DNA of 64,000 nucleotides from Hyphomicrobiales bacterium (GCA_051531935.1 JAOPTR010000022.1:1963-65962), one strand, 5' to 3'. Counted from the stretch's first letter, positions 1 to 9,767 are shown. Made by a program: numbers and translations. Notes: a model not told the origin generated them from the sequence alone.

Positions 1-1842
1 ATGTTTGGCGGTTCGGTTATCGCCTTCGGCATCCAAAAGTACAAATTCTGGGTTTAGCCATTGGCCATTTTGGTCTTTATATGTCTCATGCGTAATCATG
101 CCCTGAGTGAACAGGTTGGTGAACGGCTCATCGACATTTGTATAGCCGCATTTTTTCATCGCGCGATTGAAGAAGCGAGAATAGAGCAAATGCAGGATGG
201 CATGCTCGATGCCGCCAATATATTGATCGACGCCGAGCCAATAATCGGCTGCTTCGGAATTTACGGCTTTTTCGGCTTTGCTATCGGCAAAACGGGCATA
301 ATACCAACTTGAATCTATGAAAGTATCGAAAGTATCGGTTTCACGTGTGGCATCTTTTGCACATTTTGGGCATGGCACATGCTTCCATGTGGGGTGATGA
401 TCTAGTGGATTGCCCGGTTTGTCGAATGTTACATCGTCTGGCAGTTTAACGGGTAGGTCGGCCTTATTGACTGGGATTGTGCCGCAGGTATCGCAATGGA
501 CGACAGGGATTGGACAGCCCCAATAGCGTTGGCGGCTAATGCCCCAATCGCGCAGGCGGTAGTTGGTTTTGCGTGTGCCTTGTGGTTGGCCGTTTAACTG
601 TTGATTTTCGAGTTTTGTGGCTACAGCTTTAAGGGCTTGTTGCTTATTCATGCCGTTCATAAAGCCTGAATTGATGAGCAGGCCATCATCTGTATTGGCT
701 TCCAGGCTTTTAGCGTTGAAAGTTTCGCTGTCAATGGCATCATTTTCCATAACCAATGTGACGGGGAGGTCATATTTGCGTGCGAAATCCATATCGCGTT
801 GGTCATGTGCGGGGCAGCCGAATACGGCGCCTGTGCCATAGCCCATTAGCACGAAATTGGCGATATAGACTGGTAATTGCTGATCGGGATTTAGCGGGTT
901 TGTGGCAGTGATGCCTGTATTATAGCCTTTTTTCTCGGCGGTTTCGATGGCTTCCTCGGTTGTGCCGATGGCGTTGCATTCATCAATAAAGCTTTTTATA
1001 TCTGCATTTGCACTGGCAAGTTGGGTTGCAAGTGGGTGACCTGCACTGATGGCCATGAAACTTGCGCCAAACAATGTATCTGCGCGGGTTGTATATACCT
1101 TAAGGCTTGGGAATTCTGCAGGTGATTCGTTTAGCTGGAAACTGACTTCCATACCCTCGGAGCGACCAATCCAATTTGACTGCATGAGTTTAACTTTGTC
1201 TGGCCATCCATCCATATCATCTAATGCGGAGATTAACTCATCGGCATAATCGGTGATTTTGAAGAACCACTGCGTTAAATCGCGTTGCTCGACTGTGGCG
1301 CCAGAGCGCCAACCTTTGCCATCAATGACTTGCTCGTTGGCAAGCACTGTATTATCGACAGGATCCCAATTTACGCGGGATTTTTTACGATCGACTAGGC
1401 CTGCGGCTAGAAATTCTAGGAATAATTCTTGTTGTTTGCCGTAATATTCGACATCGCAAGTTGCGAATTCGCGCTCCCAATCGAGCGAAAAGCCCATGCT
1501 TTGCAATTGATTACGCATATTGGCGATGTTTTGATATGTCCATTCACCAGGGTGGACATTATGTTGTTGCGCAGCATTCTCGGCAGGCATCCCAAACGCA
1601 TCCCAGCCCATTGGATGCAGTACATTAAAGCCTTTGGCACGTTTATAACGTGCGATTACATCGCCCATTGTATAGTTACGCACGTGACCCATATGCAGAT
1701 TGCCAGAAGGGTACGGAAACATTTCGAGCACATAATATTTAGGTTTGCTAAAATCATTAGTGGCATTGAATAATCTTTTATCGGCCCAAACTTGCTGCCA
1801 ATGCTTTTCTTTTTCGGGTGCATTATATCTAATGTCGCTCAC
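1..1842 (-). CDS. leuS: Leucyl-tRNA synthetase, N-terminal part (about 614 codons); the gene continues beyond the left window edge
   Basis: Absent from the ORF track because it runs off the edge. I scanned the minus-strand frame by hand and found no stop codon from 1887 down to position 1. GTG start at 1842 is preceded by aagg. Translation starts [16 protein letters not shown] and contains the class-I HIGH region [22 protein letters not shown] (about 1665-1730), typical of LeuRS. Confidence 0.9.
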   Translation of the reverse strand, partial: MSDIRYNAPEKEKHWQQVWADKRLFNATNDFSKPKYYVLEMFPYPSGNLHMGHVRNYTMGDVIARYKRAKGFNVLHPMGWDAFGMPAENAAQQHNVHPGEWTYQNIANMRNQLQSMGFSLDWEREFATCDVEYYGKQQELFLEFLAAGLVDRKKSRVNWDPVDNTVLANEQVIDGKGWRSGATVEQRDLTQWFFKITDYADELISALDDMDGWPDKVKLMQSNWIGRSEGMEVSFQLNESPAEFPSLKVYTTRADTLFGASFMAISAGHPLATQLASANADIKSFIDECNAIGTTEEAIETAEKKGYNTGITATNPLNPDQQLPVYIANFVLMGYGTGAVFGCPAHDQRDMDFARKYDLPVTLVMENDAIDSETFNAKSLEANTDDGLLINSGFMNGMNKQQALKAVATKLENQQLNGQPQGTRKTNYRLRDWGISRQRYWGCPIPVVHCDTCGTIPVNKADLPVKLPDDVTFDKPGNPLDHHPTWKHVPCPKCAKDATRETDTFDTFIDSSWYYARFADSKAEKAVNSEAADYWLGVDQYIGGIEHAILHLLYSRFFNRAMKKCGYTNVDEPFTNLFTQGMITHETYKDQNGQWLNPEFVLLDAEGDNRTAKH

Positions 1843-2388
1843 TTTTTGATACCTTATATATAGAGAGTGTTTTTTGCTGTTATTTTCTTATTAGCGACTT
1901 ACGCCTTTGGGTGCAACTTTGTTTATGTGATTTTGTATAAATTGTTGAATGACGTGGGGTAAGAGGCCGGGTTTGAATAAGAGCTGGTGGTTGCTGAATA
2001 TGTGTTAGGTAAAAAAACAACATATATTTGATGCTAACTTAAGTCTAATCTGTGGGAAAATGGGTAGGAGATGGTAAATAAAACCTTTATTTAATAATAC
2101 GTTAACCAATATCAGCCCGAAACTGGTGTAATTTTGTCACATATTGGCAGAAAGCTAGCGAGGAGGGGGAAGTATGGTTGCAATCTTGCTCAAAATTGGC
2201 GATTAATACTTATCGAATTTCGGGCACGTGTGAAAAACGGGTTTTGGTTCGTATCTAGATGGAATTTCATTTGTATATTCTTATCAGATATGAAAATGAA
2301 ATTTTCGGACTTGAAGCTTGTGGTGAGCATATCTGGAATTCGGTGTTGAAAATAGGCAATGATGCTTATTTAGCTGAGAGATAAAATT

Positions 2389-3516
2389 ATGAAAAAAATT
2401 CTTCTTGCGACATCTGCACTAGTTGCAATGTCAAGCGTTGCAGTAGCTGGTGATATTCCTGCTGCTCCAGTAGCTCCTTTGGTAGCTGGTTGGACTGTAA
2501 CTGCTACTGGTTCTGCAACTATCTTTGGTTTCTATAACCAAACTGGTACTGTAGCTCTAGGTACTCAATATGGTATCGGTGGTGATTTTGAAGCTTCTTT
2601 AAAAGCTGCTAAAACTCTAGACGACGGTTCTGACGTTTATGTTAAAGTTGTTGCTGACAAAGACGAAACTTTAGAAGCTCTTGTTGGTTACAAATCAGCA
2701 ATTGGCGAATTTAAAGCCGGCGCTGTTGGTGGTAAAGACGAACATGATGTTGAAGTACCTGGTGCTGCTGGCATTCCAAACATTGGTGACGAACTAGAAG
2801 ACGGCGACAAAGGTCTAACTTTTGCTTCTGCTGATCTATCTAAATATGTACGTTTCAATGCTGCTGCAGTTCTTACTGGTGCTGTTTACTCAGTAACATA
2901 TGCAACTCCTGTACTTGGTGGTTTCCAAGCTGGTTTTGGTGTTGACGGTGACGGTTCTGTTGATCTAGCTGTTGCTGGTTCATTCGACGTTTCTGGCGCG
3001 ACTGTTAAAGTTGGTGCTGGTTATATCGCTACTGCTGTTGCACTTGACAAAGGTGTTGCTAAAGTAGGTGCTTCTGTTGCTGTTGCTGGTTTCACAATCG
3101 GTGGTGACTTTGCTGCTGATCTTGCAACTTCTGCAAACAACAACTTCACTGCTGGTGTTGGTTATGCAACTGGCCCATTCACTGTAGCTGCTCAATATGC
3201 TGCTCTAGCTAACAATGCTGGTAAAGGCGTTATTACTGCTGGTGTTCGTTACAAAGAAAACGGCGTTGATGCTATCGTTGACGGTTCTTATGACCTAAAC
3301 AACACAACTGGTTATAAAGCTGCTGCTGGCGCAACTTACACATTCACTGACATCACTGTTGGTGCTACTGTATTGTTCGACAACGGCGCTGCAAACAAAG
3401 TATCAGCTTCTGCTGGTGTTGATTATGCAATTAGCAGCAACGTATCTGTTGGTGCTGGCGTTGGTTACAACGGCGCAGACTTCGGTGCTGCTGCTGGTCT
3501 TAAAGTTAGCTTCTAA
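2389..3516 (+). CDS. Outer-membrane porin (alphaproteobacterial beta-barrel type)
   Basis: Signal peptide MKKILLATSALVAMSSVAVAGD. Gly/Ala/Val/Thr-rich alternating beta-strand pattern and a C-terminal ...GLKVSF ending in Phe. Very strong bias to T-ending codons (gct/ggt/gtt/act), suggesting high expression. SD gagag lies upstream and a strong terminator downstream. Confidence 0.8.
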   Translation: MKKILLATSALVAMSSVAVAGDIPAAPVAPLVAGWTVTATGSATIFGFYNQTGTVALGTQYGIGGDFEASLKAAKTLDDGSDVYVKVVADKDETLEALVGYKSAIGEFKAGAVGGKDEHDVEVPGAAGIPNIGDELEDGDKGLTFASADLSKYVRFNAAAVLTGAVYSVTYATPVLGGFQAGFGVDGDGSVDLAVAGSFDVSGATVKVGAGYIATAVALDKGVAKVGASVAVAGFTIGGDFAADLATSANNNFTAGVGYATGPFTVAAQYAALANNAGKGVITAGVRYKENGVDAIVDGSYDLNNTTGYKAAAGATYTFTDITVGATVLFDNGAANKVSASAGVDYAISSNVSVGAGVGYNGADFGAAAGLKVSF

Positions 3517-3549
3517 TCTAATTAGAATTAACTTACCAAAAGTTATGAA

Positions 3550-3580
3550 GACGGATCCTTTTAGGGTCCGTCTTTTTTTT
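3550..3580 (+). terminator. Rho-independent terminator after the porin gene
   Basis: Hairpin gacggatcc-ttttta-gggtccgtc (one G-U pair) followed by a T8 run. Confidence 0.8.
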
Positions 3581-3636
3581 GTCTTGCGGTTTGTTTTTGA
3601 CTGGCATAAATTGGCAAAAAATAATGAGGTTAAGCT

Positions 3637-4284
3637 ATGTATCAAGATGTTCTCAATGAAGTTGCTTTTGCAATTGATAAAGAAGAGCGCACTGCGCAAG
3701 ATGTAAATTTGCTAGTGGTGAGTAAGACATTTGCTGCAGATGATATAAAGCCGATATTAGAACAAGGTGCGCGGGCATTTGGTGAAAATAGAGTGCAAGA
3801 AGCACAAGCCAAGTGGCCTGACTTAAAAACTGAATATGAAAATGTTGAATTACACCTAATTGGCCCGTTACAAAGCAATAAAACGGCTGAGGCTGTGGCT
3901 TTGTTTGATGTGATTCATACGGTGGATCGAAAAAAGATTGCTGACCATATTGCGGCTGAACAAATAAAGCAGGGTAAAGCGCTTAAATTGTTTATTCAGG
4001 TGAATATTGGCAATGAACCGCAAAAATCGGGCATAAATTTGGATGAACTTGCTGATTTTTATCAATATTGCAAAACAGAAAAAGGCCTGAATGTCATTGG
4101 ATTAATGTGCATTCCACCTGCTGAACATGATAGTGGGCCTTACTTTGCCTTATTATATAAGCATGCGAAACAATTGGGTTTGCCTGAGTTAAGCATGGGC
4201 ATGAGTGCTGATTTTAAGACAGCTATAAGATTGGGCGCGACTTATATACGTGTTGGATCGGCAATTTTTGGCTCGCGTAGTTGA
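3637..4284 (+). CDS. yggS: YggS-family pyridoxal-phosphate homeostasis protein
   Basis: Motifs LLVVSKT (PLP lysine), AFGENRVQEAQAKW, HLIGPLQSNK and ELSMGMSADF match the YggS/PROSC family. SD gagg lies upstream. Confidence 0.9.
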   Translation: MYQDVLNEVAFAIDKEERTAQDVNLLVVSKTFAADDIKPILEQGARAFGENRVQEAQAKWPDLKTEYENVELHLIGPLQSNKTAEAVALFDVIHTVDRKKIADHIAAEQIKQGKALKLFIQVNIGNEPQKSGINLDELADFYQYCKTEKGLNVIGLMCIPPAEHDSGPYFALLYKHAKQLGLPELSMGMSADFKTAIRLGATYIRVGSAIFGSRS

Positions 4285-4426
4285 TCTTTGTTGTTTGAAA
4301 ACAAATGCTTAATTATTGTAGTATTGGGCACAGGTATCACCAAGACGTAACGCTTTTGTGAAATATAGTTATTGGCGAATGGGTTATTAGGTGGTTATAT
4401 AGTGGCAACCAGATATGAGGCAAAAT

Positions 4427-5113
4427 ATGAGTGACAATAAAAAAATACTAATCGTAGAAGATGACGACTTTTTACGTGAAGAATTGATTGAGCAATTGAG
4501 CTTGTATAATGAATTTGAGCTTAAAGCCTGCGCGCTTGCGTTTGACGCGGTGAAGCTTTCGGATAAAGAATATGTTGATTTGATTTTGATGGATGTTGGC
4601 TTGCCAGATATGGATGGCCGCGAAGCTGTTAAATTAATCAGGCGCAATGGCTTTAAAGGCCCTATTATTATGCTAACCGCACAAGATAGTGAAGCTGATA
4701 TTATTTTAGGGCTTGATAGTGGTGCTAATGATTATGTTTTAAAACCCTTTAGAGTGGGCGAGCTATTGGCGCGCATGAGAGCGCAATTTAGACAATTTGA
4801 GCAAAGTGAAGATGCGGTATTTAACCTTGGCCCTTATGTTTTTAAACCATCAATTAAACGCCTAACAAAAGCTGATGGCGAAGAAATTCGTTTGACTGAA
4901 AAAGAAACGGCCATTTTGAAATATCTGTACAAAGCTGATGGCAGCTCAATTGGCCGCGATGAGTTATTGACTGAGGTTTGGGGTTATAATTCGGGTATTA
5001 CCACCCATACATTGGAAACTCATATTTATCGGTTGCGCCAGAAAATTGAACCTAAGGAAAGTGGTATTAAAATTATTATCACTGACTCAAAAGGTTATAA
5101 AATTAGCAAGTGA
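4427..5113 (+). CDS. OmpR/PhoB-family response regulator (receiver plus winged-helix domain)
   Basis: Receiver motifs ILIVEDDD, LILMDVGLPDMDG, IIMLTA and YVLKPF. C-terminal trans_reg_C-like LTEKETAILKYL...THTLETHIYRLRQKI. Start set at the ATG at 4427 (SD gagg 6 nt upstream); the in-frame ATG at 4415 is an alternative. Confidence 0.85.
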   Translation: MSDNKKILIVEDDDFLREELIEQLSLYNEFELKACALAFDAVKLSDKEYVDLILMDVGLPDMDGREAVKLIRRNGFKGPIIMLTAQDSEADIILGLDSGANDYVLKPFRVGELLARMRAQFRQFEQSEDAVFNLGPYVFKPSIKRLTKADGEEIRLTEKETAILKYLYKADGSSIGRDELLTEVWGYNSGITTHTLETHIYRLRQKIEPKESGIKIIITDSKGYKISK

Positions 5114-5541
5114 CCAATAATAGTATTTTAAAACAATTGCTGATGGCTCTGCCGATATTTCAAAACCTTTCTGACGATGAGTTGGGTGTTTTGGCAATGG
5201 TGGGGCGGCGCCGTGAGCATAGGCCTGAAGAATTGTTATATGGTGCTGACCGACTAAGTGACAAAGCTATTTTAATTAGCGCAGGGCGGTGCATTATCCG
5301 CCATCAAGCCGATGACAAAGCCGATATTGTGGCGAGACGCGGCATGTTGATTAATGAACTTTCGCTTTTTACCACAAAATTATACGACCATAGCGCAGTG
5401 GCCATGGAGCAAATGACGGCTTATCACTTTGCCTGTGAAGATTTTATGAGCCTGATGGAAAATTACCCAAAAATTGGCCGTAAAATACAGAATAATATGG
5501 CTTTGCGCATGGCTGTGGCAAGCCAAGTGTTTAGCGCTTAG
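5110..5541 (+). CDS. Stand-alone cyclic-nucleotide-binding-like domain protein (no DNA-binding domain)
   Basis: LPIFQNLSDDELGVLA... and G-x-L-I-N-E-L-S-L-F ... SAVAME resemble a Crp/cNMP-binding beta-barrel. Only 143 aa. The GTG start overlaps the regulator stop (GTGA at 5110-5113). Confidence 0.65.
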   Translation: MTNNSILKQLLMALPIFQNLSDDELGVLAMVGRRREHRPEELLYGADRLSDKAILISAGRCIIRHQADDKADIVARRGMLINELSLFTTKLYDHSAVAMEQMTAYHFACEDFMSLMENYPKIGRKIQNNMALRMAVASQVFSA

Positions 5542-6277
5542 ATTGTTCGAAAACCTCTAAATTATTCTTAAGATGCTCAATATTGCTTGTGCCAGATAAT
5601 ATTATGCCGCGGTTAATTTTTTGATTTAAAAACTGCATGGCTTTGCTTCTGTCTGCCAATTGGCCAGAAGCAAGGGGGCGATTGATGATTGCCATAGGTG
5701 GGTTTTCATAAGTTAGATAAAGCGCTAACAATTCGGTATTGATGAGGTTGGCAGGAAACTGGATGCTATCGAATATCTGCACATCTAGTGCAGCTTTGAG
5801 GGCTTCTGTTGTGGAGATACTCACGCCAATGGCAGTGACCGCCCCTGTTTTTTTGAGGTTTTGAAACCAATTTAACAATTTATCATCCTGCATATCTTTG
5901 GGCGTAGTTTTATGCAGTTGCAATAGATCTATAGTGCCAAGATGTCGAAGCGAATTATTGAAACTTGTTTCGAGCGCTTTGAGGGAATGATTTATTGGTT
6001 CATTGGCTGGCATTGGCCAGATTTCACCCGTTTTTGTGGCAATGATGATGCTATCGCGTATATCAGAACCCAGGTTATTAAGAAATTCTCCGAGCACTTT
6101 TTCGCTTGTGCCATAAGCGGCTGCTGTATCGAAGAAACGCACACCATTGTCTATGGCTGCTTGTAACAATTGATGTGCCTGCGCAGGATTGCAAACGGGA
6201 TGTTTGTCTGTTGGCCATGGTCGGCCGATGCTGATTAAACCTAAACCTAGCTCTAAATCTGTGATGTTTTTGAACAT
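5531..6277 (-). CDS. Aldo/keto reductase family oxidoreductase
   Basis: N-terminal LGLGLISIGRPW..., FFDTAAAYGTSE, and a C-terminal IILSGTSNIEHLKNNL pattern typical of AKR. Overlaps the convergent upstream gene by 11 nt. Confidence 0.8.
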   Translation of the reverse strand: MFKNITDLELGLGLISIGRPWPTDKHPVCNPAQAHQLLQAAIDNGVRFFDTAAAYGTSEKVLGEFLNNLGSDIRDSIIIATKTGEIWPMPANEPINHSLKALETSFNNSLRHLGTIDLLQLHKTTPKDMQDDKLLNWFQNLKKTGAVTAIGVSISTTEALKAALDVQIFDSIQFPANLINTELLALYLTYENPPMAIINRPLASGQLADRSKAMQFLNQKINRGIILSGTSNIEHLKNNLEVFEQSKR

Positions 6278-6300
6278 AATTGGCCTTATTTTTTGTCCGT

Positions 6301-6912
6301 TTAGTCCTGTAGGTGATAGGTTATTTGTTGTTCTATCTGAGCGGTTGCAAAATTATTGATGGCATTTATCACTTGGCCTTGTTGGAGTTGAATGGATTTT
6401 GCGGTTCCCATTCCTTTGAGCACAGCGCCGCGTTCATTGGGGTTTGGGCAATTATAATCACCCCCACCTTGTAGATTGATGTTGCGAGCAGATATAAGCC
6501 CGAGAATTTGACAACCTGAACCCAGTTGGCTATTGCCCATCAATTCTGCACCATTCATAAGCCGCGCGCCATTGCCAATGGTGAGTTGTTGATTGGGACC
6601 TTGGCATAAAACCCTAACACCACCAGAGCCGAATTGACAATGATCGCCAATGGAAATGCTGCCACCATTTTCGCTGATTATGGTTGTCATCGGCCAAAAG
6701 ACATTATGATTGCCAATGACACATTGCGCTTGGGTGCAAATGATGATGGTCGATGGATAGAAGACATTGCCAGTACCGATACTGGCAGACTTAGAAATGA
6801 GTGTGGAATGTAGATCGTAAATGACGTTATTTTGGCGTAAATCGGCCATCTCGGCAATGGTTAAGAAGCCATTTTTTTGTCTAATCTCATCGTCAGTTAA
6901 GGGCATCAACAA
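6301..6912 (-). CDS. Hypothetical left-handed beta-helix (hexapeptide-repeat-like) protein
   Basis: Repeated short [IVL]G-x-x-x-x units (IGTGNVF, IGNHNVF, IGDHCQFG, IGNGARL, LGSGCQI). No recognisable acyltransferase catalytic signature by eye. Confidence 0.55.
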   Translation of the reverse strand: MLMPLTDDEIRQKNGFLTIAEMADLRQNNVIYDLHSTLISKSASIGTGNVFYPSTIIICTQAQCVIGNHNVFWPMTTIISENGGSISIGDHCQFGSGGVRVLCQGPNQQLTIGNGARLMNGAELMGNSQLGSGCQILGLISARNINLQGGGDYNCPNPNERGAVLKGMGTAKSIQLQQGQVINAINNFATAQIEQQITYHLQD

Positions 6913-6920
6913 TCCGTAAT

Positions 6921-7799
6921 TTAGCTATGGTCGCGAATGAGACCTTCTTGGGCTGTGGAGGCCACTAGCTCGCCCTGCATGTTGAATATCGACCCGCGGT
7001 TAAAGCCGCGTGCGCCACTGCTGCTTGGGCTATCTTGGCTGTAGAGCAACCATTCATCTGCTTTGAACGGACGATGGAACCAGATGGCGTGATCGAGACT
7101 TGCTACCTGCATTTTGGGATCGAAAATGGATGTGCCATGTGCCACCAGTGAGGTGTCGAGCAATGAAAAATCAGAAGCGAAGGCCAATACAGCTTGATGA
7201 ATGTCGACATCATCTGGTAGTTTTGATGACGCGCGGAACCAAATATTTTGTTTTGGTTCGGTTGGTATGCGATCGAATGTATAACGTGATTCGACATGGC
7301 GCATTTCTATCGGCCGTTCGCGTGACCAATATAATTGCATTGGTTTTGGCAACCTATCCATATATTTGGCTTTAAGTTCTGATTCGCTTGGTAGCTCATC
7401 GGGCATAGGCACTTTGGGCATGGTGAGCTGATGCTCTAAGCCTGGCTCTTGTTTTTGGAACGAAGCGATCATTGAAAAAATGGCATGACCATGTTGGATG
7501 CCAACAACGCGGCGGGTGGAGAAGCTTTTGCCATCACGCACTGGATCGACCTCATATACAATCGGCACTGACGGATCGCCCCCGCGTAGGAAATAGCCGT
7601 GCAATGAATGGGTGTGGCGGTCATTATCGAAACCCATGGCTTTTACGGTTTGGCGTGCTGCAACCAAGGCTTGGCCAATAACTTGGCCACCAAAGACACG
7701 TTGCCAACCATTTTTGGGACTGACGCCCCGAAAAATATGCTGCTCTATTTTTTCGAGATTTAGGGTTGTGTTGATGAGTGTATCGAGTGCCTTATTCAT
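6921..7799 (-). CDS. tesB: Acyl-CoA thioesterase II
   Basis: N-terminus LNLEKIEQHIFRGVSPKNGWQRVFGGQVIGQALVAA aligns closely with E. coli TesB (LNLEKIEEGLFRGQS...VFGGQVVGQAL). Size is 292 aa. Confidence 0.9.
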   Translation of the reverse strand: MNKALDTLINTTLNLEKIEQHIFRGVSPKNGWQRVFGGQVIGQALVAARQTVKAMGFDNDRHTHSLHGYFLRGGDPSVPIVYEVDPVRDGKSFSTRRVVGIQHGHAIFSMIASFQKQEPGLEHQLTMPKVPMPDELPSESELKAKYMDRLPKPMQLYWSRERPIEMRHVESRYTFDRIPTEPKQNIWFRASSKLPDDVDIHQAVLAFASDFSLLDTSLVAHGTSIFDPKMQVASLDHAIWFHRPFKADEWLLYSQDSPSSSGARGFNRGSIFNMQGELVASTAQEGLIRDHS

Positions 7800-7921
7800 A
7801 TTATACCTATTATTGCATATTTGAAATTTGACTTATATTAAGCCAAATGCTTTTGACAACAAGCAAAAAACACGTCATTCATATTGATAATAGTGAATGA
7901 CATACTGGTAAGTTGAAAAAT

Positions 7922-9178
7922 ATGTTTAATAAAAACCTAGATTTTGATGCGATAATTGTTGGTGGTGGCCATGCAGGTTTAACCGCGAGTGTGGCTTTGG
8001 CCAAACTGGGATTTAAAGTGGCGGTTATATCGCCCATAGAAGTGACAGCAAAAGTTGCCGATAAAGGTGACGGGCGGGCTTTGGCAATATCGGAAGCGCC
8101 ACGCCGCATGCTTGACTTATTAGGTATTTGGGGACGATTGAACGGCAAATGCCACCCCATGCAAAGCGTGCATATTTTGGACGGGCATGTTGGCAATATT
8201 TTGCAAGATGCTTTGTTGGAATTTAATGCCGAACAATCTGACGATGATACGGCCGTTGCGCAAATAGTGGAAAGCGGACATTTGCTTGGTGCTATGTGGG
8301 ATGCCGCGCAGCAAGACAAAAATATTGAATTTAAAACTGGGGTGAAGTTTGAAGCTGTCGAAACGCATAATAACCATGTTGAGGTGACTTTGGATGACGG
8401 AAGCCAGATGAGCGCGGGCTTGTTAATTGCGGCAGATGGCCGTGGCTCGTTGGTGCGCCAGAAGCTTGGCATTAAGACATTTGGCTGGGGATATGGGCAG
8501 AGTGCAATTGTTTGCCCTGTAACCCACGAAAAACCGCATTTAGGGGCTGCTTACGAGCATTTCTACCCCAATGGACCATTTGCAAGCTTGCCATTGCCAG
8601 ATGACGCTGACGGGCAGCATAGGTCGAGTTTGGTATGGGCGGAAGATCCTGAAGTGGTGGCTGAGCTTATGGCCGCAAATGATGATGAATTTAATGCTGA
8701 AATGGTTAAGCGGTTTGGGCTGCATTTGGGCGAAGTTGCCTTATGTGGTGAAAAATTCACTTATCCGTTAGGTTTGCAAATTGCTTATGAATATATGCAG
8801 CCGCGTGCGGTGCTTATTGGTGATGCTGCGCATGGGATTCACCCAATTGCCGGGCAAGGATTGAACATGGGTTTGCGGGACATTGCGGTACTTGCCCAAG
8901 TGATGGTTGAGGCGCGGAATTTGGGTTTGGATTTTGGCACACACACTGTGTTGAACAAATATCAGCAATGGCGGAGGTTTGATGTGTTAACGCATGCGGC
9001 CTTTGCTGATGTGATTAACCGCCTATTTAGCAATGACATTGCGCCTGTGCGCTTTGTGCGTGACTTGGGTTTGAAGCTTGTTGATGGCATGGCGCCAGTG
9101 AAGAAATTTTTTAATGATGAGGCTGCGGCTAAGAGCGGTGATTTGCCTGATTTGTTAAGGGGTGAGTGGCCTGGTTGA
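7922..9178 (+). CDS. UbiH/UbiF/VisC/COQ6-family FAD-dependent ubiquinone-biosynthesis hydroxylase
   Basis: FAD fingerprint FDAIIVGGGHAGL, ADG-RGS, and LIGDAAHGIHPIAGQGLNMGLRD. ATG at 7922; a TTG at 7913 is an alternative start. Confidence 0.85.
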   Translation: MFNKNLDFDAIIVGGGHAGLTASVALAKLGFKVAVISPIEVTAKVADKGDGRALAISEAPRRMLDLLGIWGRLNGKCHPMQSVHILDGHVGNILQDALLEFNAEQSDDDTAVAQIVESGHLLGAMWDAAQQDKNIEFKTGVKFEAVETHNNHVEVTLDDGSQMSAGLLIAADGRGSLVRQKLGIKTFGWGYGQSAIVCPVTHEKPHLGAAYEHFYPNGPFASLPLPDDADGQHRSSLVWAEDPEVVAELMAANDDEFNAEMVKRFGLHLGEVALCGEKFTYPLGLQIAYEYMQPRAVLIGDAAHGIHPIAGQGLNMGLRDIAVLAQVMVEARNLGLDFGTHTVLNKYQQWRRFDVLTHAAFADVINRLFSNDIAPVRFVRDLGLKLVDGMAPVKKFFNDEAAAKSGDLPDLLRGEWPG

Positions 9179-9190
9179 TGGGAGTTATGT

Positions 9191-9325
9191 TTTTTCGTTC
9201 GGCTTTGCCTCTCTTGTATGCACTGGCGTGCGTTCGCTCCGCTCTCTTGCTGCGTCCTAACGGACGGCCTCAGGCGGCAAGTTCGCCAATAAATTGGCTC
9301 AATCCTTTTCCCACGTCAACGCCAA
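9191..9325 (+). repeat. Intergenic repeat A, copy 1
   Basis: Shares tttttcgttcggctt[t/c]gcctctct (9191-9215 vs 9567-9591) and cctaacgg[a/g]cggcctcag[g/t]cggcaagttcgccaa (9256-9289 vs 9632-9665, 32/34) with copy A2. The tail ggctcaatccttttcccacg resembles ggctcagttttttgcccatg. The core 9220-9289 is about 66% G+C by hand count. Confidence 0.65.
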
Positions 9326-9344
9326 ATTCAAACTCTCGCATCCA

Positions 9345-9478
9345 CACAACGTGCCATTTGGTGAGCGCGAAAGATGACGTTCGAAGCCGCGGCCTTCTAA
9401 CGCGCGGTGGCTAGCGCAGTGAGCGCAGCGATTGAAGCGCACGCAAGTGCTAACAGGGAGCTTAAGCGACCGTATAAA
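9345..9478 (-). repeat. Intergenic repeat A, diverged inverted copy (tail-to-tail with copy 1)
   Basis: The reverse complement of 9438-9450 (gcacttgcgtgcg) matches A1 9220-9232 (gcactggcgtgcg) at 12/13. Flanking blocks are collinear (gttagcact/gtatgcact; cgctgcgctcactgcg/cgctccgctctcttgctgcg; ttagaaggccgcggcttcgaacg/ctaacggacggcctcaggcggcaagttcg). More degenerate, with indels. Confidence 0.45.
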
Positions 9479-9492
9479 TGGAGTACCTGAGT

Positions 9493-9551
9493 ATTGGCAG
9501 GAGTGCTACCCTGTGTCGGCTGTTTAAAGACAGTTAGCGGGCTTGTTTAGG
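9493..9551 (+). repeat. Intergenic repeat B, copy 1
   Basis: ggcaggagt...cggctgtttaaagacagttagcgggcttgttta aligns with 9717-9767 (ggcaggtgt...cggtgttaagacagtttgcggggttgttaa). The core aagacagtt[a/t]gcggg[c/g]ttgtt matches 19/21. Confidence 0.5.
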
Positions 9552-9566
9552 CTCTGGAAGTTTCAT

Positions 9567-9700
9567 CTTTTTCGTTCGGCTTCGCCTCTCTTTGGTCCCT
9601 GCGGGCGCTTAACTCCGTTAAGCTTGCTCGCCCTAACGGGCGGCCTCAGTCGGCAAGTTCGCCAAAGAGATGGCTCAGTTTTTTGCCCATGCTGAGGCAT
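9567..9700 (+). repeat. Intergenic repeat A, copy 2
   Basis: See copy 1. It also contains the local hairpin gcttaac-tcc-gttaagc (9607-9623), and gcctcag...ctgaggc (9643-9649 / 9692-9698) brackets a T6 run. Confidence 0.65.
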
Positions 9701-9716
9701 TAATGTGGGGACTGGA

Positions 9717-9767
9717 ATATCGGCAGGTGTCTGCGGTGTTAAGACAGTTTGCGGGGTTGTTAATTGG
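9717..9767 (+). repeat. Intergenic repeat B, copy 2
   Basis: See repeat B copy 1. Confidence 0.5.

Noticed and set aside
2134-2349. 71-aa ORF in the leuS/porin spacer
   Set aside because: It has a TTG start without an SD, an odd composition (W/F/C/R-rich), and no family resemblance. It is most likely non-coding leader DNA.
9166-9414. 82-aa ORF spanning repeat A1 and part of the inverted copy
   Set aside because: It starts inside the end of the ubiH-family gene and has an Arg/Leu/Pro/Ser-rich composition typical of translated G+C-rich non-coding DNA. The equivalent frame of repeat copy A2 hits a stop after about 14 codons, so the repeat is not conserved as protein.
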